Source of the DNA: Gemmatimonadales bacterium
Lineage (GTDB): Bacteria; Gemmatimonadota; Gemmatimonadetes; Gemmatimonadales; GWC2-71-9
Reading direction: 5' to 3'
Assembly: GCA_036276435.1 (NCBI GenBank)
Contig: DASUOW010000152.1
Span: 1-46,623 of the forward strand
DNA: 46,623 nucleotides
Shown here: positions 24,959 through 33,030 of the stretch, one piece after another
Layout: the number at the start of each line of letters is the position of its first letter
Position numbering within the stretch: the first letter of the stretch is position 1
Made by a program: the position numbers and the translations under genes
Notes under the pieces: generated by a model
The model's input: only the letters and a program-made list of their open reading frames with translations
Databases searched by the model: none
What the model was told of the DNA's origin: nothing

Positions 24959-27586
24959 ATGACCCTCTCCTCGACGCTCGCGCCCGCCGGCCGCTGGACC
25001 GCCGGTGTCCATCGCGAGGTGCTGCCCAACGGCCTGACGCTGCTCGTGCAGCGCGACGACTCGGCACCCGCCGTGGCGGTCGTGACCCACGTGCGCGCCG
25101 GCTTCTTCGACGAGCCCGATCACTGGGTGGGCATCTCGCACGTGCTCGAGCACATGTTCTTCAAGGGGACGCCCACGCGCGGCGTCGGCGCCATCGCGCG
25201 GGAGACGAAGGCCGCCGGCGGCTACCTCAACGCCTCCACCAGCTACGACGGCACGTCGTACTTCGTGGTGCTGCCGGCGTCGCAGCTCGCCGCGGGCATC
25301 GCGGTGCAGGCCGATGCGCTCCGCCACTCGCTCATCGACGCCGGCGAGCTCAAGCGCGAGCTGCAGGTCATCATCCAGGAGGCGCGCCGCAAGCAGGACT
25401 CGCCCGACGCGGTGGCCCACGAGACGCTGTTCGAGGTGATGTTCGACCGGCACCGCATCCGCCGCTGGCGCATCGGCCGCGAGGCGGAGCTGGCCGCGTT
25501 CACCCGCGACGACGTGGCCGGCTACTACCACTCGCGCTACGTGCCGGCGCGCACCGTGGTGTCGGTGGTGGGCGCCATCGACGTCGACGAGGCCGTGGCC
25601 CTCCTCCGCCGCACCTACGGCGACTGGCCCGCGGCCGACGGCGCGGTGAACCCGAGTCCCGAGGAGCCGGCGCATCGCGGCGTGCGCGCGCGCACGCTGC
25701 GCGGCGACGTGTCGCGCGCCGAGCTGGTGCTGGGGTGGCACACCGTGCCACCGCTCCACGCCGACGCCATCGCGCTCGACATGGCGGCGGGCCTGCTCTG
25801 CTCGGGCCGGGGCGCGTGGCTCTATCGGCTGCTGCGCGAGCCCGGGGTCGTCACGGGCATCGGCGCCTCCAACTTCACGCCCACCGAGCTCGGCGTGTTC
25901 ACCATCGCCGCCGATCTCGAGCCGGCCCAGCTCGACCGTGCGCTCGAGGGCATCGCGGCGGCCGTGGCGCGGCTCGTCACCGAAGGCCCGGGCGCCGTGG
26001 AGCTCGAGCGGGCGCGCACGCTGATGCGCTCGCGCTGGGCGCGCCGCATGGAGTCGATGGAGGGCCGCGCCGCCGCCCTCGCCGCCACCGAGGCGCTCGG
26101 CGGCATCCATCTGCTCGACGAGGACTTCGAGCAGCTCGCCGCCGTGACGGCCGAGGATGTGCGCCGCGTGGCCGAGCGCTACCTGGCGCCGGACGCCGTG
26201 AACGGGGTCGTGTTCCTGCCCGAGGGCGAGGGCGAGGACCTCACGCCCGAGCGGCTCGCCGCCGCCTTCGCCACGTCGGGCCGCACCGCCATCGTGCCGC
26301 CGGTGCTGCCGGGGCTGCCGGTGACACCGGCGCGGACCGTGAGCGGGTCGCGCACCGCCGACGTGCTGCACGTGCCGCTGCCCGGCGTCGACCTGCTCGT
26401 GCGCCGCAAGGCGGGCGTGCCGTCGGTGACGCTGGGCTATTACGTGCCGCGCTACACCATCGAGGACCCGGCCCACGCGGGCCTCGGCGCGCTCACCATC
26501 CGCAGCGTGGTGCGCGGCGCGGGCACGCTCGACGCGTCGGCGCTGGCATACGCCACCGAGGGCCTGGGCGGCACGCTCTCCGCGAGCGCGTCGCTCGACT
26601 GGACGGGCCTCAGCCTGGGAGCGCTCAGCGACAACCTCGGACCCGCGGCGGTGCTGCTGCGCCTCGCGGCGCGCGAGCCCGCCCTCGCCGAGACGGACGT
26701 GCTCGCCGAGCGCGGCGTGATGGCGGAGGAGGCCCGGCAGGTGGCGGACGACATGTTCCGCTACCCGTTCCAGCTCGCCTTCGCGGCCGCGTTCGCGGAG
26801 CGCGGCTACGGCCGCTCCATCGGCGGGCTGCCCGAGACGCTCGCGACGCTGGACGTGGCGCAGGTGCGCGAGTGGCACCGCACGCGCTTCGCGCCGGCGC
26901 GCGCCACCATCGTCGCCGTCGGCGACCTGGATCCCGACCGTGCGGCCGCCGAGCTCGCCGGCATCTTCGGCGACCTGCCCGCGGCCGTCGCGGGCGAGCT
27001 GCCGCCGCCGCAGGCGCAGCGGCCCGACGCCGACGCCTGGTCGCGCGTCGTGGAGCGTGACAAGAAGCAGACGGCGTTCGCGATGGTGTTCCCGGGCCCG
27101 GGTCGCCGCGACCCGTTCCGCCACGCCGCTGACGTGTGGAGCGCCATCGCCAGCGGGCTCGGCGGCCGGCTCTTCGAGGCGCTGCGCGACAAGCGCTCGC
27201 TCGCCTACACCGTGCTGGGCAGCTCGTGGTCGCGGCGCGACGGCGGCGCGATGCTCACCTACATCGCCACCTCGCCGGAGCGCGAGGAGGAAGCGCGCGC
27301 CGCGATGCTGGTGGAGCTGCGGCGCTTCGCGGACGAACTCGTGTCGGAGGCGGAGCTGGCGCTGGGCGTGAACTACCTGGCGGGGCAGGCGGAGGTGCAC
27401 CGGCAGAGCGGTGCCGCGGTGCTGGGCGAGATCGTCGACGCGTGGATCGCGGGCGAGGGCCTGCAGGAGCTCCACGATCCGGCCGCACGGTATCGCGGCG
27501 TCACCGCCGAGATGGTGCGCGAGGTGGCGGCGCGCTACCTCACCGGGCCGCGCGCCGAGGGCGTCGTGCGGGGAGTGCGCCGCTAG
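24959..27586 (+). CDS. Double-domain M16 (pitrilysin/insulinase) family zinc peptidase (PqqL/PqqF-G-like architecture)
   Basis: 875 aa. The first half has the inverted zinc motif HVLEHMFFKGT. The second half is M16-like but lacks HxxEH. There is no obvious signal peptide. Confidence 0.85.
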   Translation: MTLSSTLAPAGRWTAGVHREVLPNGLTLLVQRDDSAPAVAVVTHVRAGFFDEPDHWVGISHVLEHMFFKGTPTRGVGAIARETKAAGGYLNASTSYDGTSYFVVLPASQLAAGIAVQADALRHSLIDAGELKRELQVIIQEARRKQDSPDAVAHETLFEVMFDRHRIRRWRIGREAELAAFTRDDVAGYYHSRYVPARTVVSVVGAIDVDEAVALLRRTYGDWPAADGAVNPSPEEPAHRGVRARTLRGDVSRAELVLGWHTVPPLHADAIALDMAAGLLCSGRGAWLYRLLREPGVVTGIGASNFTPTELGVFTIAADLEPAQLDRALEGIAAAVARLVTEGPGAVELERARTLMRSRWARRMESMEGRAAALAATEALGGIHLLDEDFEQLAAVTAEDVRRVAERYLAPDAVNGVVFLPEGEGEDLTPERLAAAFATSGRTAIVPPVLPGLPVTPARTVSGSRTADVLHVPLPGVDLLVRRKAGVPSVTLGYYVPRYTIEDPAHAGLGALTIRSVVRGAGTLDASALAYATEGLGGTLSASASLDWTGLSLGALSDNLGPAAVLLRLAAREPALAETDVLAERGVMAEEARQVADDMFRYPFQLAFAAAFAERGYGRSIGGLPETLATLDVAQVREWHRTRFAPARATIVAVGDLDPDRAAAELAGIFGDLPAAVAGELPPPQAQRPDADAWSRVVERDKKQTAFAMVFPGPGRRDPFRHAADVWSAIASGLGGRLFEALRDKRSLAYTVLGSSWSRRDGGAMLTYIATSPEREEEARAAMLVELRRFADELVSEAELALGVNYLAGQAEVHRQSGAAVLGEIVDAWIAGEGLQELHDPAARYRGVTAEMVREVAARYLTGPRAEGVVRGVRR

Positions 27587-29304
27587 CGCTTCCCGAGCGG
27601 CACCGGCTGCGGGATCGCGGCCCCGTCGTGGCGCGGGTCCGACGCGCCCGAGTGCACCCCGTGCCCATCGTCACGCACCGCCTGCCCGAAGCCGAACTCC
27701 CCGCTGCGCGGCCGCGGCACCGTCACCTCGTGCCCAAGCGGCCTCAGCGCGTCGCGGCTCGCCGCCGGCACCCGGTCCTCGACGAGCACGTCGCACCCCT
27801 CGAACGTCGGCTTGGTGAAGCGCCCCGCCTCCAGCGCCTGCTGGATCGAGAGGCCGTGGTCCACGACGTTCGACACGAACTGCGCGTGCGCCTGCGCCTG
27901 GTTCCACCCGCCCATGATCCCGAAGCCGATGCGCACGTCGCCCTTGGCCATGAAGCCGGGGATGATGGTGTGCAGCGGCCGCTTGCGCGGCGCGAGCGTG
28001 TTGGGATGTCCCGGCTCGAGCGTGAAGAGCGCGCCGCGGTTCTGCAGCATGAAGCCGGTGCCGGCCGCCACGAAGCCCGACCCGAAGCCGGCGTAGTTGC
28101 TCTGGATGAGCGAGACGATGTTGCCCTCGGCGTCGATCGTCGAGAGGTAGATGGTGTCGTGCCCCTTCATGTCGCTCACGCCGGCGAGCTGCGTCGGCTC
28201 CACCCGGCACTGTGCCCGCGCCGGATCGATGCGGCGCGCCCGCTCCGCCGTGCGCGACGGGTCGAGCAGCGTCGCCACCGGGATCTCGCCGAAGCGCGGA
28301 TCGCCCACGTAGCGCAGCATGTCGGCGTAGGCGAGCTTCTTCGCCTCGATCATGACGTGCAGGCCGCGCGGGTCGTGCAGGCCCCACTCGCCCAGGGGGT
28401 GGTGCGCCATCAGGTCGAGCATCAGCAGTGCGGCGATGCCCTGACCGTTCGGCGGCAGCTCGCTCACCGTCCAGCCGCGATAGGTCGTGGAGATCGGCGT
28501 CACCCACTCGGCCGTGAACTCGGCGAGGTCGGCGGCGATCATCGTGCCACCCGCGCCGCGCACGAGGGCCACCACGGCGTCGGCCGTCGGCCCGCGATAG
28601 AAGCCGTCACGGCCCTTCTCGGCGATGCGCCGCAGCGTGCGGGCGAGGCCCGGATTGCGGAACAGCTCGCCTTCGGCCGGTGCGCGCCCGTTCACCAGGA
28701 ACGTCGCCGCCGCGGCATCCTGCCCGCGCAGCAGCGGCTCGGAGGCGCGCCATCCGCGCGCCGTCACCTCGGCCACGGGAAAGCCCTCCTCCGCGTAGCG
28801 GATCGCCGGGGCGAGCAGCCGATCGAAGCCCAGCGCCCCGAACCGCTCGCGCAGCGCGTCCCATCCCGCCACGGCACCGGGCACGGTGATGGTCTCGACG
28901 CTGCGGAAGGGCATCGCGTCGATGCCCCGCGCCCGCATCGCCTCGGCGCTCTGCCCGGTGGCGGACCAGCCGCTGGCGTTGAGGCCGAACAGCTTGCCGG
29001 ACTTCGCCTCGTACACGATGGCGAAGAGGTCGCCGCCGATGCCGTTGCTCGTCGGCTCGACGAGGCCGAGGACGGCGTTGGCCGCGATGGCGGCGTCGAT
29101 GGCGTTGCCGCCCTGCTCGAGGATCTGCACGCCGGCGGACGAGGCGAGCGGGCTGCTGGTGGCGACGATGCCGTACCGCGTGTGCACCACCGAACGGCCC
29201 GGCACCACGCGGGCCCGGGCATCCGGCTGGGGAGCGTTCTGGGCGGTCATGGGGGCCACGAGGGCGAGAAGGGCGAGCGAGCAGGCGAGCGGCGCACGGA
29301 TCAT
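27583..29304 (-). CDS. ggt: Gamma-glutamyltranspeptidase
   Basis: 573 aa with a signal peptide (MIRAPLACSLALLALVAPMTAQ). It has the autoprocessing/nucleophile region GHDTIYLST (Thr) and GGxxQ-type C-terminal motifs (GIMGGWNQAQ). It converges on the M16 gene with a 4-nt overlap. Confidence 0.92.
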   Translation of the reverse strand: MIRAPLACSLALLALVAPMTAQNAPQPDARARVVPGRSVVHTRYGIVATSSPLASSAGVQILEQGGNAIDAAIAANAVLGLVEPTSNGIGGDLFAIVYEAKSGKLFGLNASGWSATGQSAEAMRARGIDAMPFRSVETITVPGAVAGWDALRERFGALGFDRLLAPAIRYAEEGFPVAEVTARGWRASEPLLRGQDAAAATFLVNGRAPAEGELFRNPGLARTLRRIAEKGRDGFYRGPTADAVVALVRGAGGTMIAADLAEFTAEWVTPISTTYRGWTVSELPPNGQGIAALLMLDLMAHHPLGEWGLHDPRGLHVMIEAKKLAYADMLRYVGDPRFGEIPVATLLDPSRTAERARRIDPARAQCRVEPTQLAGVSDMKGHDTIYLSTIDAEGNIVSLIQSNYAGFGSGFVAAGTGFMLQNRGALFTLEPGHPNTLAPRKRPLHTIIPGFMAKGDVRIGFGIMGGWNQAQAHAQFVSNVVDHGLSIQQALEAGRFTKPTFEGCDVLVEDRVPAASRDALRPLGHEVTVPRPRSGEFGFGQAVRDDGHGVHSGASDPRHDGAAIPQPVPLGKR

Positions 29305-29313
29305 GGGACTGGC

Positions 29314-29640
29314 CTAGAGTGCGGGAAGGGTCACGCCGAGGCGCCGGGCGAGCACGTCGAGGCCGCGCTGCAGCGACATGTGGGCGAGCGCGATCATGTC
29401 GATGAGGCAGCGTCCCTCGTCGGGCATCGCGCGCAGCACGATGTGCCCCTCGCGGCAGAGATGCGCGACGCTGCTGCCGCCCTGCACCTCGCGCGTCACC
29501 GGCGGACCGACAGCCGAGAACCCGAGGGCGCCGGCCGCCGCCACCACGGCCACCGCAAGCTGATCGGGGTCGGCGAGCCGCGTCGTCGCGATGCCCGTCA
29601 CCTCGATGTAGCGGTGGACGAAGGTGGCCTTCCCCGGCAT
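29314..29640 (-). CDS. Small AdoMet-decarboxylase-fold (SpeH/PF02675-like) protein, apparently lacking the processing serine
   Basis: 108 aa. By eye, HRYIEV....SSVAHLCREGHIVLRAMPDEGRCLIDMIALA aligns to T. maritima SpeH HLVAEFYEC...[28 protein letters not shown], with the E-S self-cleavage site replaced by E-G. Its start overlaps the upstream stop (TGATG). Confidence 0.45.
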   Translation of the reverse strand: MPGKATFVHRYIEVTGIATTRLADPDQLAVAVVAAAGALGFSAVGPPVTREVQGGSSVAHLCREGHIVLRAMPDEGRCLIDMIALAHMSLQRGLDVLARRLGVTLPAL

Positions 29641-30419
29641 CAGGTCACGCGGGCCGGCCAGCGGGCCACGGCGTCCTTGTAGCCCTCGGGCACCCCGATG
29701 TCGTAGCAGCGCGCGGTGGTGACGACGCCCGCGAGCCGCTGCTGGGACGCGAGCCGCTGCAGCACCGGCCGGTCATCGAGCTCGGCGCCCGGTGGCAGCA
29801 CCCCGGCCGCCTCCTCGAAGGCGCCGAAGATGTCGCCGGGGAACACCACGCGGCCGAGCGGCGCCAGGGCGGACGCGGCGCCGCCGGTGTCGAAGCGCGC
29901 CTGGCTGGAGCCGCGCCCCTCGAGCTGCGTCACGCGCACCACCTCGCCCTCGAGCGGCTCCGTCGTGGCGCGGCCGAACGCGCCCACGTGCTCGGCATCC
30001 TGCTGGGCCACGTCGCCGAGGAGCACGGTGGGCCGCTTGCTCACGCGGTACCCGGCGAGGAGCGTCGAGGTCGGGTTGGGCCCGTCGAAGAGCTGGTCGG
30101 GCTGCAGCAGCACGAAGGGCGAGCCCGCGAGCGCCTCCTGGGCACAGAGCAGCGCGTCGCCGAGGCCGCGGAAGGCGGGCTGCGGGATGAACTCGAGCTC
30201 GAGCGGGCCCTGGTACTGGCGTGCCGCCGCCTCGACCACCGGCTTGTGCGGGTTCACCACGAGCACGACGCGCAGGAGCCCGGCGCCGGCCGCCTCGTCG
30301 AGGGCCCAGTAGAGCAGCGGCTTGAGGCCGACGGGCAGCATCTCCTTCGGCACCCACTGCGTGATGGGGCGCAGGCGCCGACCGAGTCCGCCACAGGGAA
30401 TGACCGCGGTATCGAGCAT
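29640..30419 (-). CDS. Sugar-1-phosphate nucleotidyltransferase (GalU/RmlA-like)
   Basis: 259 aa. The N-terminal AVIPCGGLGRRLRPITQWVPKEMLPV matches the G-x-G-x-R-x(n)-PK(E/P)ML nucleotidyltransferase signature. Confidence 0.8.
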   Translation of the reverse strand: MLDTAVIPCGGLGRRLRPITQWVPKEMLPVGLKPLLYWALDEAAGAGLLRVVLVVNPHKPVVEAAARQYQGPLELEFIPQPAFRGLGDALLCAQEALAGSPFVLLQPDQLFDGPNPTSTLLAGYRVSKRPTVLLGDVAQQDAEHVGAFGRATTEPLEGEVVRVTQLEGRGSSQARFDTGGAASALAPLGRVVFPGDIFGAFEEAAGVLPPGAELDDRPVLQRLASQQRLAGVVTTARCYDIGVPEGYKDAVARWPARVT

Positions 30420-30498
30420 GTGTCAGGCGGCAGGGACGGCACGGGCCGTCGTGTATGTTTCGTCGCGCATGGCCGGAGCATCGGGGAGCAGGCGCAGC

Positions 30499-31080
30499 AT
30501 GGGCCCCGCACGGACGAGGGGAGGGGTGGTGGCCGAAGCTAGTCCGAGCCCGAGGAGCGAGCAAGCGCGCCCGCGCTGGGGCGTGGCCGACGTGCTGTCG
30601 GCGGTGCGCATTCCGCTCGCCGTGGCGTTCGTGCTGGTGCCGGAGCGCAACGCGCGCTTCGTGATCCTCGCGCTCGCGGCGGCGTCGGACCTGCTCGACG
30701 GATGGATCGCGCGGCGGCTGGGCCCCTCGCGGCTGGGGCCGTTCGTGGACCCGGTGGCCGACAAGCTCTTCATGGTGGCGGCGTTCGGCGTGGTGGCGGT
30801 GTCGGGACGCCTCGCGTGGTACGAGATCGCCGGACTGCTGCTGCGGGACTTCGTGGCGACGGTGGCGTTCATCGTGGTGACGGTGCGCGGCCGGCCGGCC
30901 TCGATCCCGGCGCGCGCCGGCGGCAAGGCGGTGACGGTGGTGCAGGTGGCCACGCTGCTGGCCTTCCTGCTCGGGTCGGAGCTGCTGCGGCCGCTGGCGT
31001 GGGCCGCGGCGGCCGTCTCCATCTACGCCATCTGGGACTATTACCGGGCGGCGCCGGCCGAGCGCCGGCCCGTGGGCTGA
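30499..31080 (+). CDS. CDP-alcohol phosphatidyltransferase (PgsA-like)
   Basis: I chose the ATG at 30499 (GGGGAG lies 10 nt upstream). The alternative is the ATG at 30469. It has the D-x2-D-G-x2-A-R...G-x3-D-x3-D motif (SDLLDGWIARRLGPSRLGPFVDPVADK) and is multi-TM. Confidence 0.8.
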   Translation: MGPARTRGGVVAEASPSPRSEQARPRWGVADVLSAVRIPLAVAFVLVPERNARFVILALAAASDLLDGWIARRLGPSRLGPFVDPVADKLFMVAAFGVVAVSGRLAWYEIAGLLLRDFVATVAFIVVTVRGRPASIPARAGGKAVTVVQVATLLAFLLGSELLRPLAWAAAAVSIYAIWDYYRAAPAERRPVG

Positions 31081-31098
31081 TCAACAAGGAGCATCCGC

Positions 31099-31509
31099 AT
31101 GGCCGGCGAGGCGAAGCAGGTCGAGCTGACGTGGGAAGGGGGACAGTCGTTCCGGGGGGGCGTGCCGGGTCGGCCGACGGCGCTCGTCGATGGCGACGGC
31201 GCCGCGGCACCATCGCCCGTGGACCAGCTGCTCATCGCCGCCGCCTCGTGCACCGGCATCGACGTGGTGCTGATCCTCGAGAAGATGCGGGCGACGATCG
31301 CGAGCTTCCGCATCGAGGTGGCCGGGGAGCGGCGCACCGAGGCGCCCAGGCGCTTCCTGGCCATCCACTTCCGCTTCCTCATCAGCGGCGAGGGCATCGA
31401 CGAGACGAAGCTGCGGCGGGCCGTCGACCTCTCGCTGGAGAAGTACTGCTCCGTCGTCCACTCCCTCGCGCCCGACATCCGCATCACCTACGACGCCGTG
31501 GTCGGGTAG
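31099..31509 (+). CDS. OsmC/Ohr family peroxiredoxin-like protein
   Basis: 136 aa with an AAGGAG Shine-Dalgarno. The two conserved Cys contexts (AAASCTGIDVV and LEKYCSVVHSL) are typical of OsmC. Confidence 0.85.
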   Translation: MAGEAKQVELTWEGGQSFRGGVPGRPTALVDGDGAAAPSPVDQLLIAAASCTGIDVVLILEKMRATIASFRIEVAGERRTEAPRRFLAIHFRFLISGEGIDETKLRRAVDLSLEKYCSVVHSLAPDIRITYDAVVG

Positions 31510-31518
31510 AAACGCAAC

Positions 31519-31544
31519 ACGCCCCGGCAGGTCAGCCGGGGCGT
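31519..31544. terminator. Bidirectional terminator hairpin between convergent genes
   Basis: ACGCCCCGGC-aggtca-GCCGGGGCGT is a perfect 10-bp stem. It lies 10 nt after the osmC stop and 26 nt after the stop of the minus-strand small ORF. There is no clear T-tract. Confidence 0.55.
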
Positions 31545-31569
31545 GCAGGTGACATCGAACCTTGGTGGC

Positions 31570-31833
31570 TCAGTCCACGCCGGCGGTCGCCGTGGTGCGT
31601 CGCACCGGCTGGCAGTACCGCTCGCCCAGCTCGCGGAGCGAATTGAGTTCCACGTCGGTCAGATCCTCGTAACGCTCCGTGAGATACTGCATCGTGTCGT
31701 CGAACCATTCCTTCTGGTGCTCGGGGAGCGCTTCGATCACGCCACACCTCAGGATGTGGCTGAAGAGCTCATCGCGGGCCTGGTCGAACGTGGACGCAAC
31801 GGTGGGCGCTCGGCGGATCTTCTTCTTGGTCAT
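31570..31833 (-). CDS. Small hypothetical protein (87 aa)
   Basis: I chose the ATG at 31833 within over-extended ORF 31570..32355, with a GGAGAAGAGGGAAAGG purine-rich Shine-Dalgarno region. MTKKKIRRAPTVASTFDQARDELFSHILRCGVIEALPEHQKEWFDDTMQYLTERYEDL is a helical, charged sequence with realistic composition. I recognised no family. Confidence 0.5.
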   Translation of the reverse strand: MTKKKIRRAPTVASTFDQARDELFSHILRCGVIEALPEHQKEWFDDTMQYLTERYEDLTDVELNSLRELGERYCQPVRRTTATAGVD

Positions 31834-31860
31834 GCCTTTCCCTCTTCTCCTGTTTGCGGT

Positions 31861-31942
31861 GCTGCCTCGTGGCAGCCGAAGTATAACCCGTTTGCACCAT
31901 TTGGTGCAATCTCCCTGCCAACCGCCTGAACCGCAGGGAGAT
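31861..31942. promoter_or_regulatory. Three palindromes in the divergent spacer
   Basis: GCTGCC-tcgt-GGCAGC (31861..31876). TTGCACCA-tt-TGGTGCAA (31892..31909, a perfect 8-bp inverted repeat, operator-like). ATCTCCCTGC-N14-GCAGGGAGAT (31909..31942, a perfect 10-bp inverted repeat). Confidence 0.5.
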
Positions 31943-32037
31943 GCGCCAACGGGGGCCGCTTGCACAGGCGACCATCCATTACCTTTATCCGCTTGCGCGC
32001 GGGGATAGTTCCGGCCCCGCGCGGCCCTCGAGGACGC

Positions 32038-32340
32038 ATGCCCGACCACGAAGAGACCTACGACGACGAACGTGCGCGGCGCCTGGAGGCGCTGCTGCGC
32101 GAGGTCGCCGCGCACATCCTGCGACTGGACGGCGAGCAGCGCCTGCTCGCCGAGACGGCCGACCTGCTGCGCCTGCTGGGCGAGGCGCGCAGCGAGCTGT
32201 TCCATTATGAAGTCCGCTGCACCTACGACACGCCCGAGGTGGCCGACCACCGGCGCATCGTGTCGGAGGCCGAGCGGGAACCATTCACGCCCGAGGACCC
32301 GGAGGACGACGAACCATGGCGGCCCAGCCCGCTGGACTGA
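32038..32340 (+). CDS. Small acidic hypothetical protein (100 aa)
   Basis: I chose the ATG at 32038 within ORF 31960..32340. MPDHEETYDDERARRLEALLREV... is helical with an acidic, proline-rich tail. Its 3' end overlaps the dsbA-like start by 25 nt. I recognised no family. Confidence 0.45.
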   Translation: MPDHEETYDDERARRLEALLREVAAHILRLDGEQRLLAETADLLRLLGEARSELFHYEVRCTYDTPEVADHRRIVSEAEREPFTPEDPEDDEPWRPSPLD

Positions 32341-33011
32341 AGCGTTTCTACACACTGCTCGTGGTGCTGGGCCTCGCCGGCGCGGTCGCCATCGGGATGC
32401 TGATGCGGCGCAAGCCGGTCAGCATTCCCGTGAACGTGACCGTGCAGGCCTCCGACACGGCCGGCTTCCGGGGTTACCTGCTGGGGCGGCCGGACGCGCC
32501 GGTGGAGGTCACCGAGTTCGGCGACTACCAGTGTCCCGCCTGTGCCGGGTTCGACATGGTCCAGTTCCCGACGGTGAAGGAACGCCTCATCGACGGCGGC
32601 CGGGTGCGCTGGCGCTATCGCGACTTCCCGCTCGACAACATCCACGCCAACGCGCGCGTTACGGCCCACGCCGCCGCGTGCGCCGACGAGCAGGGGAAGT
32701 ACTGGGACGCGCACCGGTTCATCTACGAGGCGCAGTCCGACTGGTCGCGCAGCCGCAATCCGGCCGGCGACATGCGCTCGATCGCGAAGTCGATCGGCCT
32801 CGACCTGGGCAAGTACGACGACTGCATGCAGTCGGCGCGCTACGCCGGGCGCATCCAGGCGAGCTACGACGAGGCGGTGAAGCTGGGGGTGTCCTCGACG
32901 CCGAGCTTCATGGTGGGCGGCCGCCTCTACGCCGGCGCGCTGCCGTACGACGAGCTGAAGAAGCTGGTGGACTCGCTGGCCGGCGCCCCGGCGGCGCCCG
33001 CCGCGCCCTGA
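32316..33011 (+). CDS. DsbA-family thiol:disulfide oxidoreductase, membrane-anchored
   Basis: 231 aa. It has an N-terminal TM anchor (FYTLLVVLGLAGAVAIGMLM) and a thioredoxin fold with a CPAC active site (EFGDYQCPACAGF), followed by ..GVSSTPSFMVGG. Confidence 0.85.
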   Translation: MAAQPAGLKRFYTLLVVLGLAGAVAIGMLMRRKPVSIPVNVTVQASDTAGFRGYLLGRPDAPVEVTEFGDYQCPACAGFDMVQFPTVKERLIDGGRVRWRYRDFPLDNIHANARVTAHAAACADEQGKYWDAHRFIYEAQSDWSRSRNPAGDMRSIAKSIGLDLGKYDDCMQSARYAGRIQASYDEAVKLGVSSTPSFMVGGRLYAGALPYDELKKLVDSLAGAPAAPAAP

Positions 33012-33030
33012 GCCCGCGCCGCCCCACTCG

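Noticed and set aside
29640-31080. A nucleotidyltransferase divergent from a CDP-alcohol phosphotransferase plus OsmC, considered as a split IPCT/DIPPS-like compatible-solute (di-myo-inositol-phosphate) module.
   Set aside because: There is no inositol-1-phosphate synthase or phosphatase nearby. The transferase has the size and motif spacing of ordinary PgsA. The nucleotidyltransferase looks GalU-like (UTP-sugar) rather than cytidylyltransferase-like. The divergent arrangement alone is weak evidence.
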